Assembly: GCA_045541455.1 (NCBI GenBank)
Contig: JAZQJA010000046.1
Span: 1,180 to 65,179 of the forward strand
DNA: 64,000 nucleotides
Reading direction: 5' to 3'
DNA from: Eubacteriales bacterium
GTDB taxonomy: Bacteria; Bacillota; Clostridia; Oscillospirales; QAKW01
Below, piece after piece: positions 47,414 through 58,599 of this stretch (position 1 is the first letter of the stretch; each line of letters begins with the position of its first letter). The position numbers and the translations under genes are program-made. Under the pieces are notes generated by a model. The model saw only the letters and a program-made list of their open reading frames with translations. It was not told the DNA's origin and made no database searches.

Positions 47414-48682
47414 ATGGAACAGTACACACAAAATAACCAAAACAATTCAGAACAAAAAAAGCAGGAATATACTTGGCAAAATCCAAGCCCGTATACTAAT
47501 GTTTACAATGGTTATACCCAAACACCGCCGCCAAAAAAGGCAAAAAGAAAATTATCCGGTGTTGAAATCGCACTTATTATTGTGGCCTCAGTGGCGGTTG
47601 CGCTTCTAATTGCAGTTTGCGCACTAATAGCTGTTTACAGTATCAGCCCTGATACATTAAATAATGGCAGTGAAAACAGCAGTACTCAAACAGAAGTGAC
47701 TGATGATGAAACAGATAAAAACGAGGTAAATCTGCCTAATCTGCACACACAGACAGTGCCTGACGGTGATGCACTTTCTATACCTCAGATTTATTCAAAA
47801 GTTAAAGATTCTGTTGTAGGTATTATTGTTACAGTAACAAACGGTGCACAAATAGGCCAAGGCTCAGGCACCGGTATAATTCTGAGCGAAGACGGATACA
47901 TTTCTACAAACGCGCATGTTATTGACGGTGCAACTACTATAAAGGTTGTACTGGCAAATGAAACTGAGTACACCGCTGAAATTATCGGCTCGGATTCTAA
48001 AACCGACCTTGCTGTGCTTAAAATTAATGCCAGCGGTCTTACACCTGCGGAATTTGGTGACAGCGATAAACTGTCAGTAGGTGAAACAGTTGTTGCAATT
48101 GGAAACCCTTACGGGCTTGAACTTGCAGGCACCGTTACATCCGGCATTATATCGGCTGTAAACCGTCAGATTGCTATTGAAGGAACATATATGACTTTGA
48201 TACAGACTGATGCTTCTATAAACCCCGGTAATTCGGGTGGTCCGCTTGTTAATGTTTACGGACAGGTAATAGGGGTAACATCATCTAAAATTATTACTTC
48301 AGGTTATGAGGGCATTGGTTTTGCAATTCCAATATCGGGGGCTACACAGATTATTGAAGAACTTATTGCACACGGATACATTAAAAACAGACCGTATATT
48401 GGCATTATGGGAAGTGACCTTGACTCAAGCCAGGCACAAATTTACTCGATACCAAAGGGCGTTTATGTTCAGTATGTAGACCCTGAAAGTGATGCCTATA
48501 CAAAGGGACTTAAATCGGGCGATATAATTACTGCTATCGATGGTGTTGAAATAACCTCAATGGCAGAACTTGATGCACAAAAGAATAAAAGCAAACCCGG
48601 TGACACAGTAACATTAAAGGTATTCAGAAACACAAAATACATTGATATTTCTATTGTTCTTTCAGAATCATCTGCAGATTAA
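47414..48682 (+). CDS. htrA: HtrA/DegP-family serine protease with PDZ domain
   Basis: TM anchor. Catalytic motifs TNAHV, DLAVLK and GNSGGPL. C-terminal PDZ. Directly downstream of the two-component system (a CssRS-htrA-like layout). Confidence 0.9.
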   Translation: MEQYTQNNQNNSEQKKQEYTWQNPSPYTNVYNGYTQTPPPKKAKRKLSGVEIALIIVASVAVALLIAVCALIAVYSISPDTLNNGSENSSTQTEVTDDETDKNEVNLPNLHTQTVPDGDALSIPQIYSKVKDSVVGIIVTVTNGAQIGQGSGTGIILSEDGYISTNAHVIDGATTIKVVLANETEYTAEIIGSDSKTDLAVLKINASGLTPAEFGDSDKLSVGETVVAIGNPYGLELAGTVTSGIISAVNRQIAIEGTYMTLIQTDASINPGNSGGPLVNVYGQVIGVTSSKIITSGYEGIGFAIPISGATQIIEELIAHGYIKNRPYIGIMGSDLDSSQAQIYSIPKGVYVQYVDPESDAYTKGLKSGDIITAIDGVEITSMAELDAQKNKSKPGDTVTLKVFRNTKYIDISIVLSESSAD

Positions 48683-48687
48683 AAAAA

Positions 48688-48719
48688 GACTTGCAGTTTA
48701 AAACTGCAAGGCTTTTTTT
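48688..48719. terminator. Bidirectional intrinsic terminator
   Basis: GACTTGCAGTT-TAA-AACTGCAAGGC flanked by an A-run and a T-run. Confidence 0.8.
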
Positions 48720-49083
48720 ACACTCTTTTGAGTGTAGTGCGCGCTATTTGCGAACCGCCCGAATTTGGCAGAAATGAAACAAATTCTACTGAATAGAGAT
48801 TGCAAACGGTGTAAACATCAGAGCGCGGTTCGTAAAGCACAATATAACTAAGTCCGACCATATACAAAATACCTTCTTTACGAACTATATTTGAATTCCC
48901 CACCAAAAAGTCTACTACAATTTGTCTGCCGGTATTATCAGCCAGAATTTGCTGCATTGAACCTTGATATGTCGAATCTCCAAGCATATTATTTACAAGG
49001 TTTTGGTTTTGGGAATTAAAGTCATTTGAAGTACCGCCGTTACTGTCGGGTAAACGCTGTGACGGCATATCATTTGTCGGCAT
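48718..49083 (-). CDS. gerQ: GerQ-like spore coat protein
   Basis: Gln/Asn-rich N-terminus. The C-terminal domain IVVDFLVGNSNIVRKEGILYMVGLSYIVLYEP...CNLYSVEFVSF resembles GerQ. Immediately downstream of a CwlJ/SleB-family gene, as in Bacillus. Confidence 0.55.
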   Translation of the reverse strand: MPTNDMPSQRLPDSNGGTSNDFNSQNQNLVNNMLGDSTYQGSMQQILADNTGRQIVVDFLVGNSNIVRKEGILYMVGLSYIVLYEPRSDVYTVCNLYSVEFVSFLPNSGGSQIARTTLKRV

Positions 49084-49094
49084 AAAAAATCCTC

Positions 49095-49535
49095 CTATGT
49101 ATAGTAATATAAATCTGTAGGGTTATAAAAACAGTGATTACCGAGTTTTGTGAAAAAGTAGCCTACCTCACTTGGAAATGTCTGTCGGCAATTTGGAGAA
49201 TAGGGATTATAAAACCACAGCGCCCTACCAAAATCGGCAAGTCGCTGTCCCGAAATGGCACGGTCGGCAATTTCAAAATGAATATCTGTCGGACGCATAT
49301 TATAGATATTTTGAGGATTATACTGTCCGTTTTCAACCTCGCTTGCGCAAACAAACTGACCCGGCTGTAAGATAATTCTGCGTATACTCCCCTGTCCTAC
49401 TCGTGCATATTCGCCGGATATTGCATGTACTCTGTTCATAACAACGCCTGCAACTGCCATCATTCCGTCGTAGCCCTCCCCGCCCGACTCACACTCTATC
49501 AACCTTGCAAGCAGTTCTCTGTCGGTTAGCACCAA
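49095..49535 (-). CDS. cwlJ: CwlJ/SleB-family spore cortex-lytic cell wall hydrolase
   Basis: LLARLIECESGGEGYDGMMAVAGVVMNRV hydrolase-2 signature. TTG/GTG start after GAAGGGTGGG. Confidence 0.85.
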   Translation of the reverse strand: MVLTDRELLARLIECESGGEGYDGMMAVAGVVMNRVHAISGEYARVGQGSIRRIILQPGQFVCASEVENGQYNPQNIYNMRPTDIHFEIADRAISGQRLADFGRALWFYNPYSPNCRQTFPSEVGYFFTKLGNHCFYNPTDLYYYT

Positions 49536-49602
49536 ATACCCACCCTTCTATATGAAATAGGCAAAAATCACCTATTAATATATATGTAGAAAAAATAAAA
49601 AA

Positions 49603-49645
49603 ATAACTGTTGCCAACATATCACAAAAACTGTGGCAACAGGTAT
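49603..49645 (-). terminator. Intrinsic terminator after the SLH gene
   Basis: CCTGTTGCC...GGCAACAG stem, then a minus-strand T-run. Confidence 0.6.
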
Positions 49646-49647
49646 TT

Positions 49648-50280
49648 TTATTTAGTTATACTTGCAAGATTTGAATTATAAACAATTTGTGCAAACGCTG
49701 CACGGGTACAACCGCCACGCGGAACAAAATTGTTGTTTTCCATACCGTTTACAATGCCTGCACGCTGAAGCCTTATAACTGCATCAAGCGCCCATGGACT
49801 TATTTGCTGTTCATCTGCAAATGCTTCTTTTTGCGCATTCGACGTTGACAAACCCAAAAAGTCAAAATAGTTTGAAAGCATTAGACAAACTTGTTCACGT
49901 GTTACCGGTAGTAAAGGTTTGAATTGAGTTTCTGACACGCCCTTGACAATTCCATTTTGTTTTGCCCATTCAACAGAAAGGCCATACCAACTGTCAAAGC
50001 TTACATCTTCAAACGATGAACGAACTAAAACATCTGTTTTTGCACCGGCAAGACGTGCCAGTACTGTAACAACCATAGCACGCGTCATTGCACCGTCAGG
50101 GTCAAACCGACTGTCACTTATGCCAACCATAACAGAATTTGTACTAACATATTGCACCGCATCATAATACCAGTCACCGTATTTAACATCCTCAAACACA
50201 ATTGGTGTTGCCGCAAAAAGCGAAAAAGACGAACAAAGCAACAAAACAACCGTTAACACGGCAATTAATCTATTTTTCAT
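49648..50280 (-). CDS. Small secreted protein composed of SLH repeats
   Basis: Signal peptide and three SLH repeats. Confidence 0.8.
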   Translation of the reverse strand: MKNRLIAVLTVVLLLCSSFSLFAATPIVFEDVKYGDWYYDAVQYVSTNSVMVGISDSRFDPDGAMTRAMVVTVLARLAGAKTDVLVRSSFEDVSFDSWYGLSVEWAKQNGIVKGVSETQFKPLLPVTREQVCLMLSNYFDFLGLSTSNAQKEAFADEQQISPWALDAVIRLQRAGIVNGMENNNFVPRGGCTRAAFAQIVYNSNLASITK

Positions 50281-50357
50281 ACACTCACCTATTTATATAA
50301 TAGTATATTGATTATACTACATTATTTAATATAAGTCAACACAGCTGTATTTTAAGT

Positions 50358-50391
50358 AAAAAAGCAAGGTGCTTTGCACCTTGCTTTTTAT
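50358..50391 (-). terminator. Intrinsic terminator after glgP
   Basis: AAAGCAAGGTGC-TT-TGCACCTTGCTTT with flanking A and T runs. Confidence 0.8.
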
Positions 50392-52776
50392 TTATATCTT
50401 TTTAAGTTTCCAGATATTTTCGGCATATTCTGTAACACTGCGGTCAGAAGCGAAAAAGCCTGCCTTTGCAATATTCACAAGTGACATACCGTTCCAAAGC
50501 AACTTATCACCGTATGCTTCGTTTACACGGGCTTGCGCTTCACGATAGCTGTCAAAATCAGCCATTGTCATATACGGGTCTGAATCAAGCAAGTAATGAA
50601 CAATGCTGTCAAAGTTTTTACCGCAAACACCGCCTGATGCTACAAAATCAATTATTGCACGTAAGTCATAATTGGAATTGTAAATGTTTCTGGGACGATA
50701 CTCGTTTCTAAGCGCATTTACTTCTTCTGTATGCATTCCAAACAAGAACATATTATCGTCGCCGACCTGTTCGTTAATTTCAACATTAGCGCCGTCAAGC
50801 GTACCGATTGTAAGCGCACCGTTAATCATAAATTTCATATTACCGGTACCTGATGCCTCTTTACCTGCCAGAGAAATTTGCTCTGAAACCTCGGCAGCAG
50901 GCATCATTATCTCTGCAAGTGATACCCTATAGTCTGCAAGGAAAACAACTTTAAGCTGACCGCCGATTGTTGTGTCATTATTTACAAGGTCTGCAATAGC
51001 ACATATAAAACGAATAATTTCTTTTGCCATTACATAGCCGGCAGACGCCTTTGCACCGAAAATAAATGTTCTGGGCTGAATGGTAAGCCCCTCATTTTTG
51101 ATTTTCCTATAAAGGTGAAGAATATGAAGTGCGCACAAAAGTTGTCTTTTATACTCGTGCAAACGCTTTGACTGCACATCAAAAATTGAATTTGGTGAAA
51201 CCGAAATACCACAGCTGTCACCGATATATTTTGCAAGACGGCGTTTATTTTCGAGTTTTATCTCCCTAAGACGCTCTAAAACTGCTTTGTCATTTTTAAA
51301 CTTTAAGAAGTTTTCGAGTTGTGCTGCATCTTTAATAAATCCATCGCCTATTGTTTCACACAAGAGTTCTGTAAGTTTGGGGTTAGACTGACAAAGCCAA
51401 CGGCGATGCACGATACCATTTGTAACATTTGTAATTTTACCCGGGAAAATATCGTTATAATCTCTAAACAAATCACGCTTTAATATATCACTATGCAGGC
51501 TTGAAACACCGTTTACACAAAACGCACAAGCAACACAGAGGTTTGCCATTTTAACCATACCGTTTGAGATGATTGCAATTTTATCAATCACATAGCGTTT
51601 TTCGGGATGATTTGTATAAACCATCTCACAAAAACGACGGTTGATTTCTTTAACAATCGAGTAAATTCTGGGTAGAATTGACTCAAACATACCACAACTC
51701 CACTGCTCTAAGGCTTCGCTCATTACAGTATGGTTGGTATATGCCAAAGTTTTTGAGCAAATATCAAAAGCACTGTCCCAATCATAATTATGCTCATCCA
51801 TAAGTATACGCATAAGTTCGGGCACGCAAAGTGCCGGATGGGTGTCGTTGATATGAATAACCGCTTTATCACTTAAATTATCAAGACTAGGATACTTATC
51901 TAGATGTTCTTTAATAATATTTTTAAGCGATGCACTTACAAAGAAGTACTGCTGACGCAGACGAAGGCGTTTGCCTGTTTCATGGTCATCTGCAGGATAA
52001 AGTACCTTTGATATTGCCTCACTCTGAGCCTCGTTTTCAACACTCTTAAGATACTCACCTCTTGAGAAAAGTGACATATCAAAATTGTCAAGGCTTTTTG
52101 CGCCCCAAATACGAAGAGTATTTACAATATCGCCGTTACCCGAAATAAGAATATCATAGGGTACAGCAAGTACCTTTGAATAGTTTTTGTGAACTGTTTT
52201 AAGGCCTGTATCACTCCACATTTCCTCTACATATCCGCCAAAGTAAACCTCTTGTGCTTCGTCAGGACGAGGAACGAGCCAGCCGCCACCCATTTCGAGC
52301 CAGTTGTCAGGAAATTCAACCTGCCAACCATCCATAATTACCTGTTTAAAAATACCGAACTCATAACGAATTGAAAAACCGGTTGCAGGATAGTTTAGAC
52401 CGGTGAGTGAATCAAGATAGCAAGCAGCCAGTCGGCCGAGACCGCCGTTTCCAAGGCCTGCATCAGGTTCCATCTCATATAGTTTTTCAAGATCACTGCC
52501 AAGGTCAGCAAGTGCTGATTTCATTTCGTCTTCAATTCCCAGATTATAAAGATTGTTTTTAAGGGAACGGCCGATGAGAAACTCCATCGACATATAATAA
52601 ACCTTTTTAGCACCTGCGTTATCAAAACGCTCCAACGAGTCTGCACGCATTTTCTGAAGTTTTTCAACAGTAAGTGCTATTACAACCTCATACATCTGTC
52701 TGTCAGTGGCTTTTGAAGGCTTGACAGCAAACTTGTTTACAAGTTCTTCTTCGATTCTTTGCTTGAGATTTGCCAA
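50392..52776 (-). CDS. glgP: Glycogen/maltodextrin phosphorylase
   Basis: 794 aa. GLGNGGLGRLAAC motif and the PLP-site EASGTGNMKFMINGA. Confidence 0.97.
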   Translation of the reverse strand: MANLKQRIEEELVNKFAVKPSKATDRQMYEVVIALTVEKLQKMRADSLERFDNAGAKKVYYMSMEFLIGRSLKNNLYNLGIEDEMKSALADLGSDLEKLYEMEPDAGLGNGGLGRLAACYLDSLTGLNYPATGFSIRYEFGIFKQVIMDGWQVEFPDNWLEMGGGWLVPRPDEAQEVYFGGYVEEMWSDTGLKTVHKNYSKVLAVPYDILISGNGDIVNTLRIWGAKSLDNFDMSLFSRGEYLKSVENEAQSEAISKVLYPADDHETGKRLRLRQQYFFVSASLKNIIKEHLDKYPSLDNLSDKAVIHINDTHPALCVPELMRILMDEHNYDWDSAFDICSKTLAYTNHTVMSEALEQWSCGMFESILPRIYSIVKEINRRFCEMVYTNHPEKRYVIDKIAIISNGMVKMANLCVACAFCVNGVSSLHSDILKRDLFRDYNDIFPGKITNVTNGIVHRRWLCQSNPKLTELLCETIGDGFIKDAAQLENFLKFKNDKAVLERLREIKLENKRRLAKYIGDSCGISVSPNSIFDVQSKRLHEYKRQLLCALHILHLYRKIKNEGLTIQPRTFIFGAKASAGYVMAKEIIRFICAIADLVNNDTTIGGQLKVVFLADYRVSLAEIMMPAAEVSEQISLAGKEASGTGNMKFMINGALTIGTLDGANVEINEQVGDDNMFLFGMHTEEVNALRNEYRPRNIYNSNYDLRAIIDFVASGGVCGKNFDSIVHYLLDSDPYMTMADFDSYREAQARVNEAYGDKLLWNGMSLVNIAKAGFFASDRSVTEYAENIWKLKKI

Positions 52777-52803
52777 TTTAAAAGTCCTCCTAAAATAAAT
52801 GAG

Positions 52804-54222
52804 CTATATTATTGAGCGATACAGCTCAAGGTATTGCTGTGCTGATTTGTCCCAGCTATAGTCGCCGGACATTGCATTTTTCTTGATTTGTGCAAAATCT
52901 TGTTTGCTATTATAAAGTTCTAGGGCACGCCAAATTGCATTAGCCATATCACCATCGTCAATATTACAGAATGTGATACCGTTACCCTCACCCGTTTGAT
53001 GATTAAACGGGATTACAGAGTCGGCAAGGCCGCCTGTAGCACGAACTATAGGAATTGTACCGTAGCGAAGCGCTATCATCTGTGCAAGACCGCAAGGTTC
53101 AAATTCACTGGGCATTAAGAAAAAGTCTGCGCCTGCATAAATACGCTGTGCTAGTGCAGAGTCAAACCCTATAATTGCACGAAGTTTATCGGGGTAAACT
53201 GCAGCCATATTGCGCAAAAATTCTTCATAACAAAAGTCACCCGAGCCGAGAATTACAACCTGAACATCAAGTGTCATCATCCATTCAAGGCGTTTGCAGA
53301 CAAGTTCCATGCCCTTTTGGTGAGTAAGGCGTGTAACCATACCTATAACAGGTATATCATTTGTCTTTTTAAGTCCCATTTCCTGCTGCAAAGCATATTT
53401 ATTATGGAATTTAAGATGACGTGTTTTAAAACTGTAATTTGTTTTAATACGTGTATCTGTTTCGGGATTAAAAGTTTCGGTATCAATACCGTTTATAATG
53501 CCTGACAGTTTATACTGCCTTGCTTTAAGAATATGGTCAAGACCGTAAGAGTAAAACGGATTTAGAATTTCATTTGCATAGTTTGGAGAAACTGTTGTTA
53601 CCTTGTTTGAACATTCAATAGCACCTTTGACAAGGTTTAAACACTCACCGTAATATAACAGAGAGCGATGTTCTACAGGCAAGCCGAAAACATTACCCAA
53701 AACATAGGCATCAAATTTCCCTTGAAACTCAATATTATGGATAGTAAATACTGTCTTTATATTTCCATAGCCTGCGCGAAGGCGAAACTGCGTGTCAAGT
53801 AAAACAGGTACAAGCGCTGTATGCCAGTCATTACAGTGTAATACATCGGGAATAAAGTTTATTACCGGTAAAACCTCTAAAATAGCCCTTGAAAAGAAAG
53901 CAAAGCGCTCACCGTCGTCAAATTCGCCGTAAATTCGGGAACGGTTAAAATAAAACTCGTTATCTATTAGATAGTATATCACACCGCCCGATTTATACTC
54001 AAAAATACCGCAATACTGCTTACGCCATGCATTATAGATATAAAAATGGGTAAGGTATTTGCAATTTTCACGCATTTTACCGATTGCAGAATAATAAGGG
54101 ATAATAACTCTTACATCTTCACCCATACCGCAAAGGGCTTTGGGCAAAGCACCTGCAACATCTCCAAGACCGCCGACTTTGATAAGCGGAGCCGCCTCAC
54201 CTGCCGCATACAGAACTTTCAA
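52804..54222 (-). CDS. glgA: Glycogen synthase (ADP-glucose type)
   Basis: KVGGLGDV N-terminal motif and GT5 fold. 472 aa. Confidence 0.96.
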   Translation of the reverse strand: MKVLYAAGEAAPLIKVGGLGDVAGALPKALCGMGEDVRVIIPYYSAIGKMRENCKYLTHFYIYNAWRKQYCGIFEYKSGGVIYYLIDNEFYFNRSRIYGEFDDGERFAFFSRAILEVLPVINFIPDVLHCNDWHTALVPVLLDTQFRLRAGYGNIKTVFTIHNIEFQGKFDAYVLGNVFGLPVEHRSLLYYGECLNLVKGAIECSNKVTTVSPNYANEILNPFYSYGLDHILKARQYKLSGIINGIDTETFNPETDTRIKTNYSFKTRHLKFHNKYALQQEMGLKKTNDIPVIGMVTRLTHQKGMELVCKRLEWMMTLDVQVVILGSGDFCYEEFLRNMAAVYPDKLRAIIGFDSALAQRIYAGADFFLMPSEFEPCGLAQMIALRYGTIPIVRATGGLADSVIPFNHQTGEGNGITFCNIDDGDMANAIWRALELYNSKQDFAQIKKNAMSGDYSWDKSAQQYLELYRSII

Positions 54223-54258
54223 TTTTATTCCTCCTATGATAGATATATAAGATATGAG

Positions 54259-55386
54259 CTAGATTTCTGTGTTTTTAACTAAAACATACGGGTACTCTTT
54301 TGCACCGCAAAGATTTTTATTTTCAGACACTATATTATTTTTATCCAAAATAACACTATTTAATGTACTGCCTTTGCCAATAACAGTATTTTGCATAATA
54401 ATTGAATTTTCTACAACTGCGCCTGCCTCGATTTTAACATTACGGAAAATAATTGAGTTTTTAACTGTTCCGTCAATATGGCAGCCGTCTGCTATTACAC
54501 TGTTTTCAATTTTTGCGTTATAATGATAAAGAGTGGGAACAGAGTCTTTTACCCTTGTGATAACCGGACGCTTAGGATTGAAAACATCTGCCCTGTTTTC
54601 ACTATCAAGCATCATCATTGATGTATTATAGTAATCTTTTTCAGTGTATACTATTTGTGCAAAGCCTTTGTGTTCATAACCAACTATCTTTAGTTTATCA
54701 ACATTCTTAATGAGTGCAGAACTTTCAAAGTTGTACTGATCACGTGCATCTGCATGGCGAATAATTTCCATAAGCAAATCACGCTTTAATATATATATAC
54801 CAAGCGCTATTTTCTTTAGCTGATTGTCCGCCTCACTGTATGTCATATCGCAAACACGACCGTTATCATCGATTTCTAGCACGATATGATTATGAGAATT
54901 TGCAATATGATCTGAATAAATTGCGGTTACATCTGCACCACTGTTTATATGGCTTTCAAATACACAGTCAAAGTCAATGTTAGCAATGACATTTGCATCG
55001 GACAAAACAACATATTCTTCACGTATTGATTTAATATACGGCTGAATAGAGCGAAGCGCATCAAGTTTGCCCCTTGCCATAAAAGCCTCGTTATTATTCT
55101 TTGTTCTGTAAAACGGAGAGAGAATGCGAAGGCCTGAATTACGATGGTCAAGATCCCAATATCTGCCACGTCCGAGATGGTCTTCAAGAGAGGCATAATT
55201 TCGTCTTGTAATAACCGCAACATTGTTTACACTTGCATGCACAAGTGAAGACAAAACAAAGTCTACCATACGAAACCTACCGCCGAATGGGATAGATGCA
55301 AGGGTGCGATTTGTTAGCAATTCATTATTAATTTCATTATAGGTATCGGAAAAAATTATAGCTGAAAATTGATTCATTGTTGTCAC
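54259..55386 (-). CDS. glgD: Glucose-1-phosphate adenylyltransferase regulatory subunit GlgD
   Basis: GlgC paralog lacking the GGxGxRL motif, with a left-handed beta-helix C-terminus. Sits between glgC and glgA as in Firmicutes. Confidence 0.9.
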   Translation of the reverse strand: MTTMNQFSAIIFSDTYNEINNELLTNRTLASIPFGGRFRMVDFVLSSLVHASVNNVAVITRRNYASLEDHLGRGRYWDLDHRNSGLRILSPFYRTKNNNEAFMARGKLDALRSIQPYIKSIREEYVVLSDANVIANIDFDCVFESHINSGADVTAIYSDHIANSHNHIVLEIDDNGRVCDMTYSEADNQLKKIALGIYILKRDLLMEIIRHADARDQYNFESSALIKNVDKLKIVGYEHKGFAQIVYTEKDYYNTSMMMLDSENRADVFNPKRPVITRVKDSVPTLYHYNAKIENSVIADGCHIDGTVKNSIIFRNVKIEAGAVVENSIIMQNTVIGKGSTLNSVILDKNNIVSENKNLCGAKEYPYVLVKNTEI

Positions 55387-55391
55387 CTACC

Positions 55392-56603
55392 CTATCTGCC
55401 GCTGTACGGCTCAATCATTTCTTTTGGAGAAACTACCTGACCTGCTTTTATAACAGCGCCTTTGCCGATTACTGCTATACCCCAATCTTCAGGATTTACA
55501 TAGCATTCCGGCGAGTCGCCTATAACAGCGCCGTCCTCTATAACTACATCCTCTGCAATAATTGCATATTTTATATCAACATTTTTACCGATTTTAGTAT
55601 TAGGCATTACTACGCTTGAGTTAATAGTTGTCCCCTGCTTTACTGTTACGCCCTCAAAAATAACAGAATACCAGAGTCTGCCGTCGATACTGCAATTTTC
55701 AGTAATCATACTTTCAATTATTTCCGCATTTTTACCTATGTACTGCGGAACATTTGCATCAAAACGAGAATATATTTTCCATTTAGGGTCAGAAAGATTA
55801 AGAGGTATGCGCGGATTTAAAAGGTCCATATTGGCTTCCCAAAGACTATCGATTGTTCCAACATCTTTCCAATAGCCTTCGAATTTATATGCCATCATTT
55901 TTTCACCTGCAGCAATCATATTAGGTAAAATATTACCACCGAAATCGTTTTTGCTGTTAGGGTCGTTTTCGTCATCAATAAGATACTGTTTAAGTTTTGA
56001 CCATGTGAAAATGTATATACCCATTGATGCATTATTACATTTAGGATGCTCGGGCTTTTCTTCGAATTCATAAATTTGATTGTTTTCATCGGTATTCATA
56101 ATACCAAAGCGCGATGCCTCTTCAATAGGCACCGGAAGTGCTGCAACAGTACAAGCAGCGCCGTGCTGTTTATGATACTCAAACATTTTTGAATAGTCCA
56201 TTTTATAAATGTGGTCACCGGACAAAACGAGTACATATTCTGCATCGTATTTATCAATAAACTGAATGTTTTGATAAACGGCATTTGCAGTACCTTTATA
56301 CCATTCGCCGCTGTCTGCCTTTACATAAGGCGGAAGAACATGAACACCGCCGTTAATACGATTGAGATCCCACGGCATACCGTTACCGATATACGCATTG
56401 AGTTCTAGTGGTTGATACTGTGTTAAAACACCCACCGTATCAATACCGGAATTTACGCAATTTGACAGCGTAAAATCAATAATTCTGTACTTACCGCCAA
56501 ATGGAACCGCAGGTTTTGCGGTATTTTTAGTAAGCACATACAGGCGTGACCCCTGTCCGCCTGCAAGGAGCATTGCGACTAATTCTTTACTTTTCTTGAA
56601 CAT
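55392..56603 (-). CDS. glgC: Glucose-1-phosphate adenylyltransferase
   Basis: LAGGQGSRL and [10 protein letters not shown] motifs. GGAGGG RBS before ATG 56603. Confidence 0.96.
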   Translation of the reverse strand: MFKKSKELVAMLLAGGQGSRLYVLTKNTAKPAVPFGGKYRIIDFTLSNCVNSGIDTVGVLTQYQPLELNAYIGNGMPWDLNRINGGVHVLPPYVKADSGEWYKGTANAVYQNIQFIDKYDAEYVLVLSGDHIYKMDYSKMFEYHKQHGAACTVAALPVPIEEASRFGIMNTDENNQIYEFEEKPEHPKCNNASMGIYIFTWSKLKQYLIDDENDPNSKNDFGGNILPNMIAAGEKMMAYKFEGYWKDVGTIDSLWEANMDLLNPRIPLNLSDPKWKIYSRFDANVPQYIGKNAEIIESMITENCSIDGRLWYSVIFEGVTVKQGTTINSSVVMPNTKIGKNVDIKYAIIAEDVVIEDGAVIGDSPECYVNPEDWGIAVIGKGAVIKAGQVVSPKEMIEPYSGR

Positions 56604-56792
56604 TTGCACCCTCCGTAATATTTTTATTTTTTTACTTTTTAACTTTTATGCGCAAAACTGAAAATGTATTCACAAAAATAAGTTAATCTAAAAATTATTT
56701 TTATTATTTACATTCTCTTTTTAATCTCTTATAATAGATTATACTATATATATTATTTTTTATCAATAACAATTTTCAAAGTAGGATACTAA

Positions 56793-58595
56793 ATGTTTAG
56801 ATTTGACAGTTATAACACTTTTTATAAAAGCCCTATGGGCGCTGCACGTTGCGAAAGTGCAGTAACATTCCGAACAGAAGTAAAAAAAGATATTAACGCA
56901 AAAGGCGTAAACTTTGTTTTACGTGGTGAGTGTGAAACAAAATTTTTACTTAAAAAAAGCGGTACCCGCGGGAACTACGATGTTTTCGAAGGCGAGATTA
57001 TTATAGAAAATGCCGGCTTGTATTTTTACAGATTTGAGGTTATTGATGCAAAAGGTGCGCTTCGTTTTACAGGAACAAACAACGGACATACCGCAGTTTG
57101 CGGCGACTGGCTTCCTGAATGGCGGCTTGCAGCATACGAAAAGGATTTTAAAGCGCCTTGCGGTTTTGAAGGTGCTGTAATGTATCAAATTTTCCCCGAC
57201 AGATTTTTCAAAGCAGACGGGGTTGACATAAGCGGTGCAAAAAACTCGCGTATAATTCATGAAAAATGGAATGGTCGTCCGCAGTGCTTTTTTGACTATG
57301 ACGGTTTTAAATGCAACGATTATTTTTTAGGAAATTTACGCGGTATTGAGCAAAAACTGTCTTACATCAAAGATCTGGGTGTTACGCATATTTATCTAAA
57401 CCCGATTTTTGAAAGTTCTGAAAACCACAGATATTCCACTTCTGATTATCTTAAAATAGACCCATATCTTGGCAGTGAAGAAGATTTTATCAGTCTTTGC
57501 AAAGCTGCAAAAGAACTAGATATAAAAATAATCTTAGACGGTGTGTTTTCTCACACAGGTGATGACAGCCGTTACTTTAATAAATACGGAAATTATGACA
57601 GTGTTGGGGCATATAATTCTCCCGCCTCACCTTTTTATAATTGGTACAACTTTTATAATTACCCTAACGAATATGAATGTTGGTGGGGATTTAAGACGCT
57701 GCCAAATGTAAAAGAAACAACACCTGAGTATACCGATTTCATAACCGGAAAGCAAGGCGTTTTAAGGTATTGGATGAGGCGCGGTGCAAGCGGATGGCGG
57801 CTTGATGTTGCCGACGAACTTCCCGACCCGTTTTTAGAAAAAATACGTACTGCCGTTAAAAGTGAAAACGAAAACGCCGTAATTATAGGCGAAGTGTGGG
57901 AAAACGCCGTTACAAAGCGGTCTTACGGTGCACAGCGCAGATTTTTGCTTGGAAAACAATGTGATACCGTTATGAATTACCCGTTTTTAAACGGTATCAC
58001 AGATTTTATAATCAGCGGAAATTCAAGGCAGTTTTATGAGACGGTAATGAGTATCATAAGCGACTATCCGGCGCCATCTGTAAAATGCCTTATGAATATG
58101 CTTTCTACTCACGACACAACTCGTATACTCAACAGACTTGCAACAACAAGTGTGCCCGAAAGGCGCGTACAATCAAAAACCAAACTCACAGAAAACGAAC
58201 GCAAACTTGGTATATCAAGACTTATGGCGGCAGCCATAATCCAGTATACTTTGCCTGGTGTTCCGTGTGTTTTTTACGGTGATGAGGCAGGTGTTGAAGG
58301 GTTTGGAGATCCTGCTTGCAGAGCGACATACCCTTGGGGACAGCAAGACAGCAAATTATTAGAATTGCACAAATCACTTGGCAAAATGCGTAACGATTAC
58401 AAAATGGATTTTGACGCACCGATTGAATTTGAAATATTTGACGGTGGTGTTTTAAAATACCGGAGGGGAAATTTAATTATTACGGTAAACCGCACAGATG
58501 CTGATATTAAACTAGACAATAGCCCGATCATTACGGGATTTTCGGTTAAAGATGGTATTTTATCAAGTGGCGGTGCGGTAGTCCAACGGAGGTAA
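56793..58595 (+). CDS. GH13 alpha-amylase-family glycosidase (neopullulanase/cyclomaltodextrinase-like)
   Basis: Conserved regions DGVFSHT, GWRLDVADE, EVWE and STHD. N-terminal CBM/E-set-like domain. Confidence 0.9.
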   Translation: MFRFDSYNTFYKSPMGAARCESAVTFRTEVKKDINAKGVNFVLRGECETKFLLKKSGTRGNYDVFEGEIIIENAGLYFYRFEVIDAKGALRFTGTNNGHTAVCGDWLPEWRLAAYEKDFKAPCGFEGAVMYQIFPDRFFKADGVDISGAKNSRIIHEKWNGRPQCFFDYDGFKCNDYFLGNLRGIEQKLSYIKDLGVTHIYLNPIFESSENHRYSTSDYLKIDPYLGSEEDFISLCKAAKELDIKIILDGVFSHTGDDSRYFNKYGNYDSVGAYNSPASPFYNWYNFYNYPNEYECWWGFKTLPNVKETTPEYTDFITGKQGVLRYWMRRGASGWRLDVADELPDPFLEKIRTAVKSENENAVIIGEVWENAVTKRSYGAQRRFLLGKQCDTVMNYPFLNGITDFIISGNSRQFYETVMSIISDYPAPSVKCLMNMLSTHDTTRILNRLATTSVPERRVQSKTKLTENERKLGISRLMAAAIIQYTLPGVPCVFYGDEAGVEGFGDPACRATYPWGQQDSKLLELHKSLGKMRNDYKMDFDAPIEFEIFDGGVLKYRRGNLIITVNRTDADIKLDNSPIITGFSVKDGILSSGGAVVQRR

Positions 58596-58599
58596 TACT

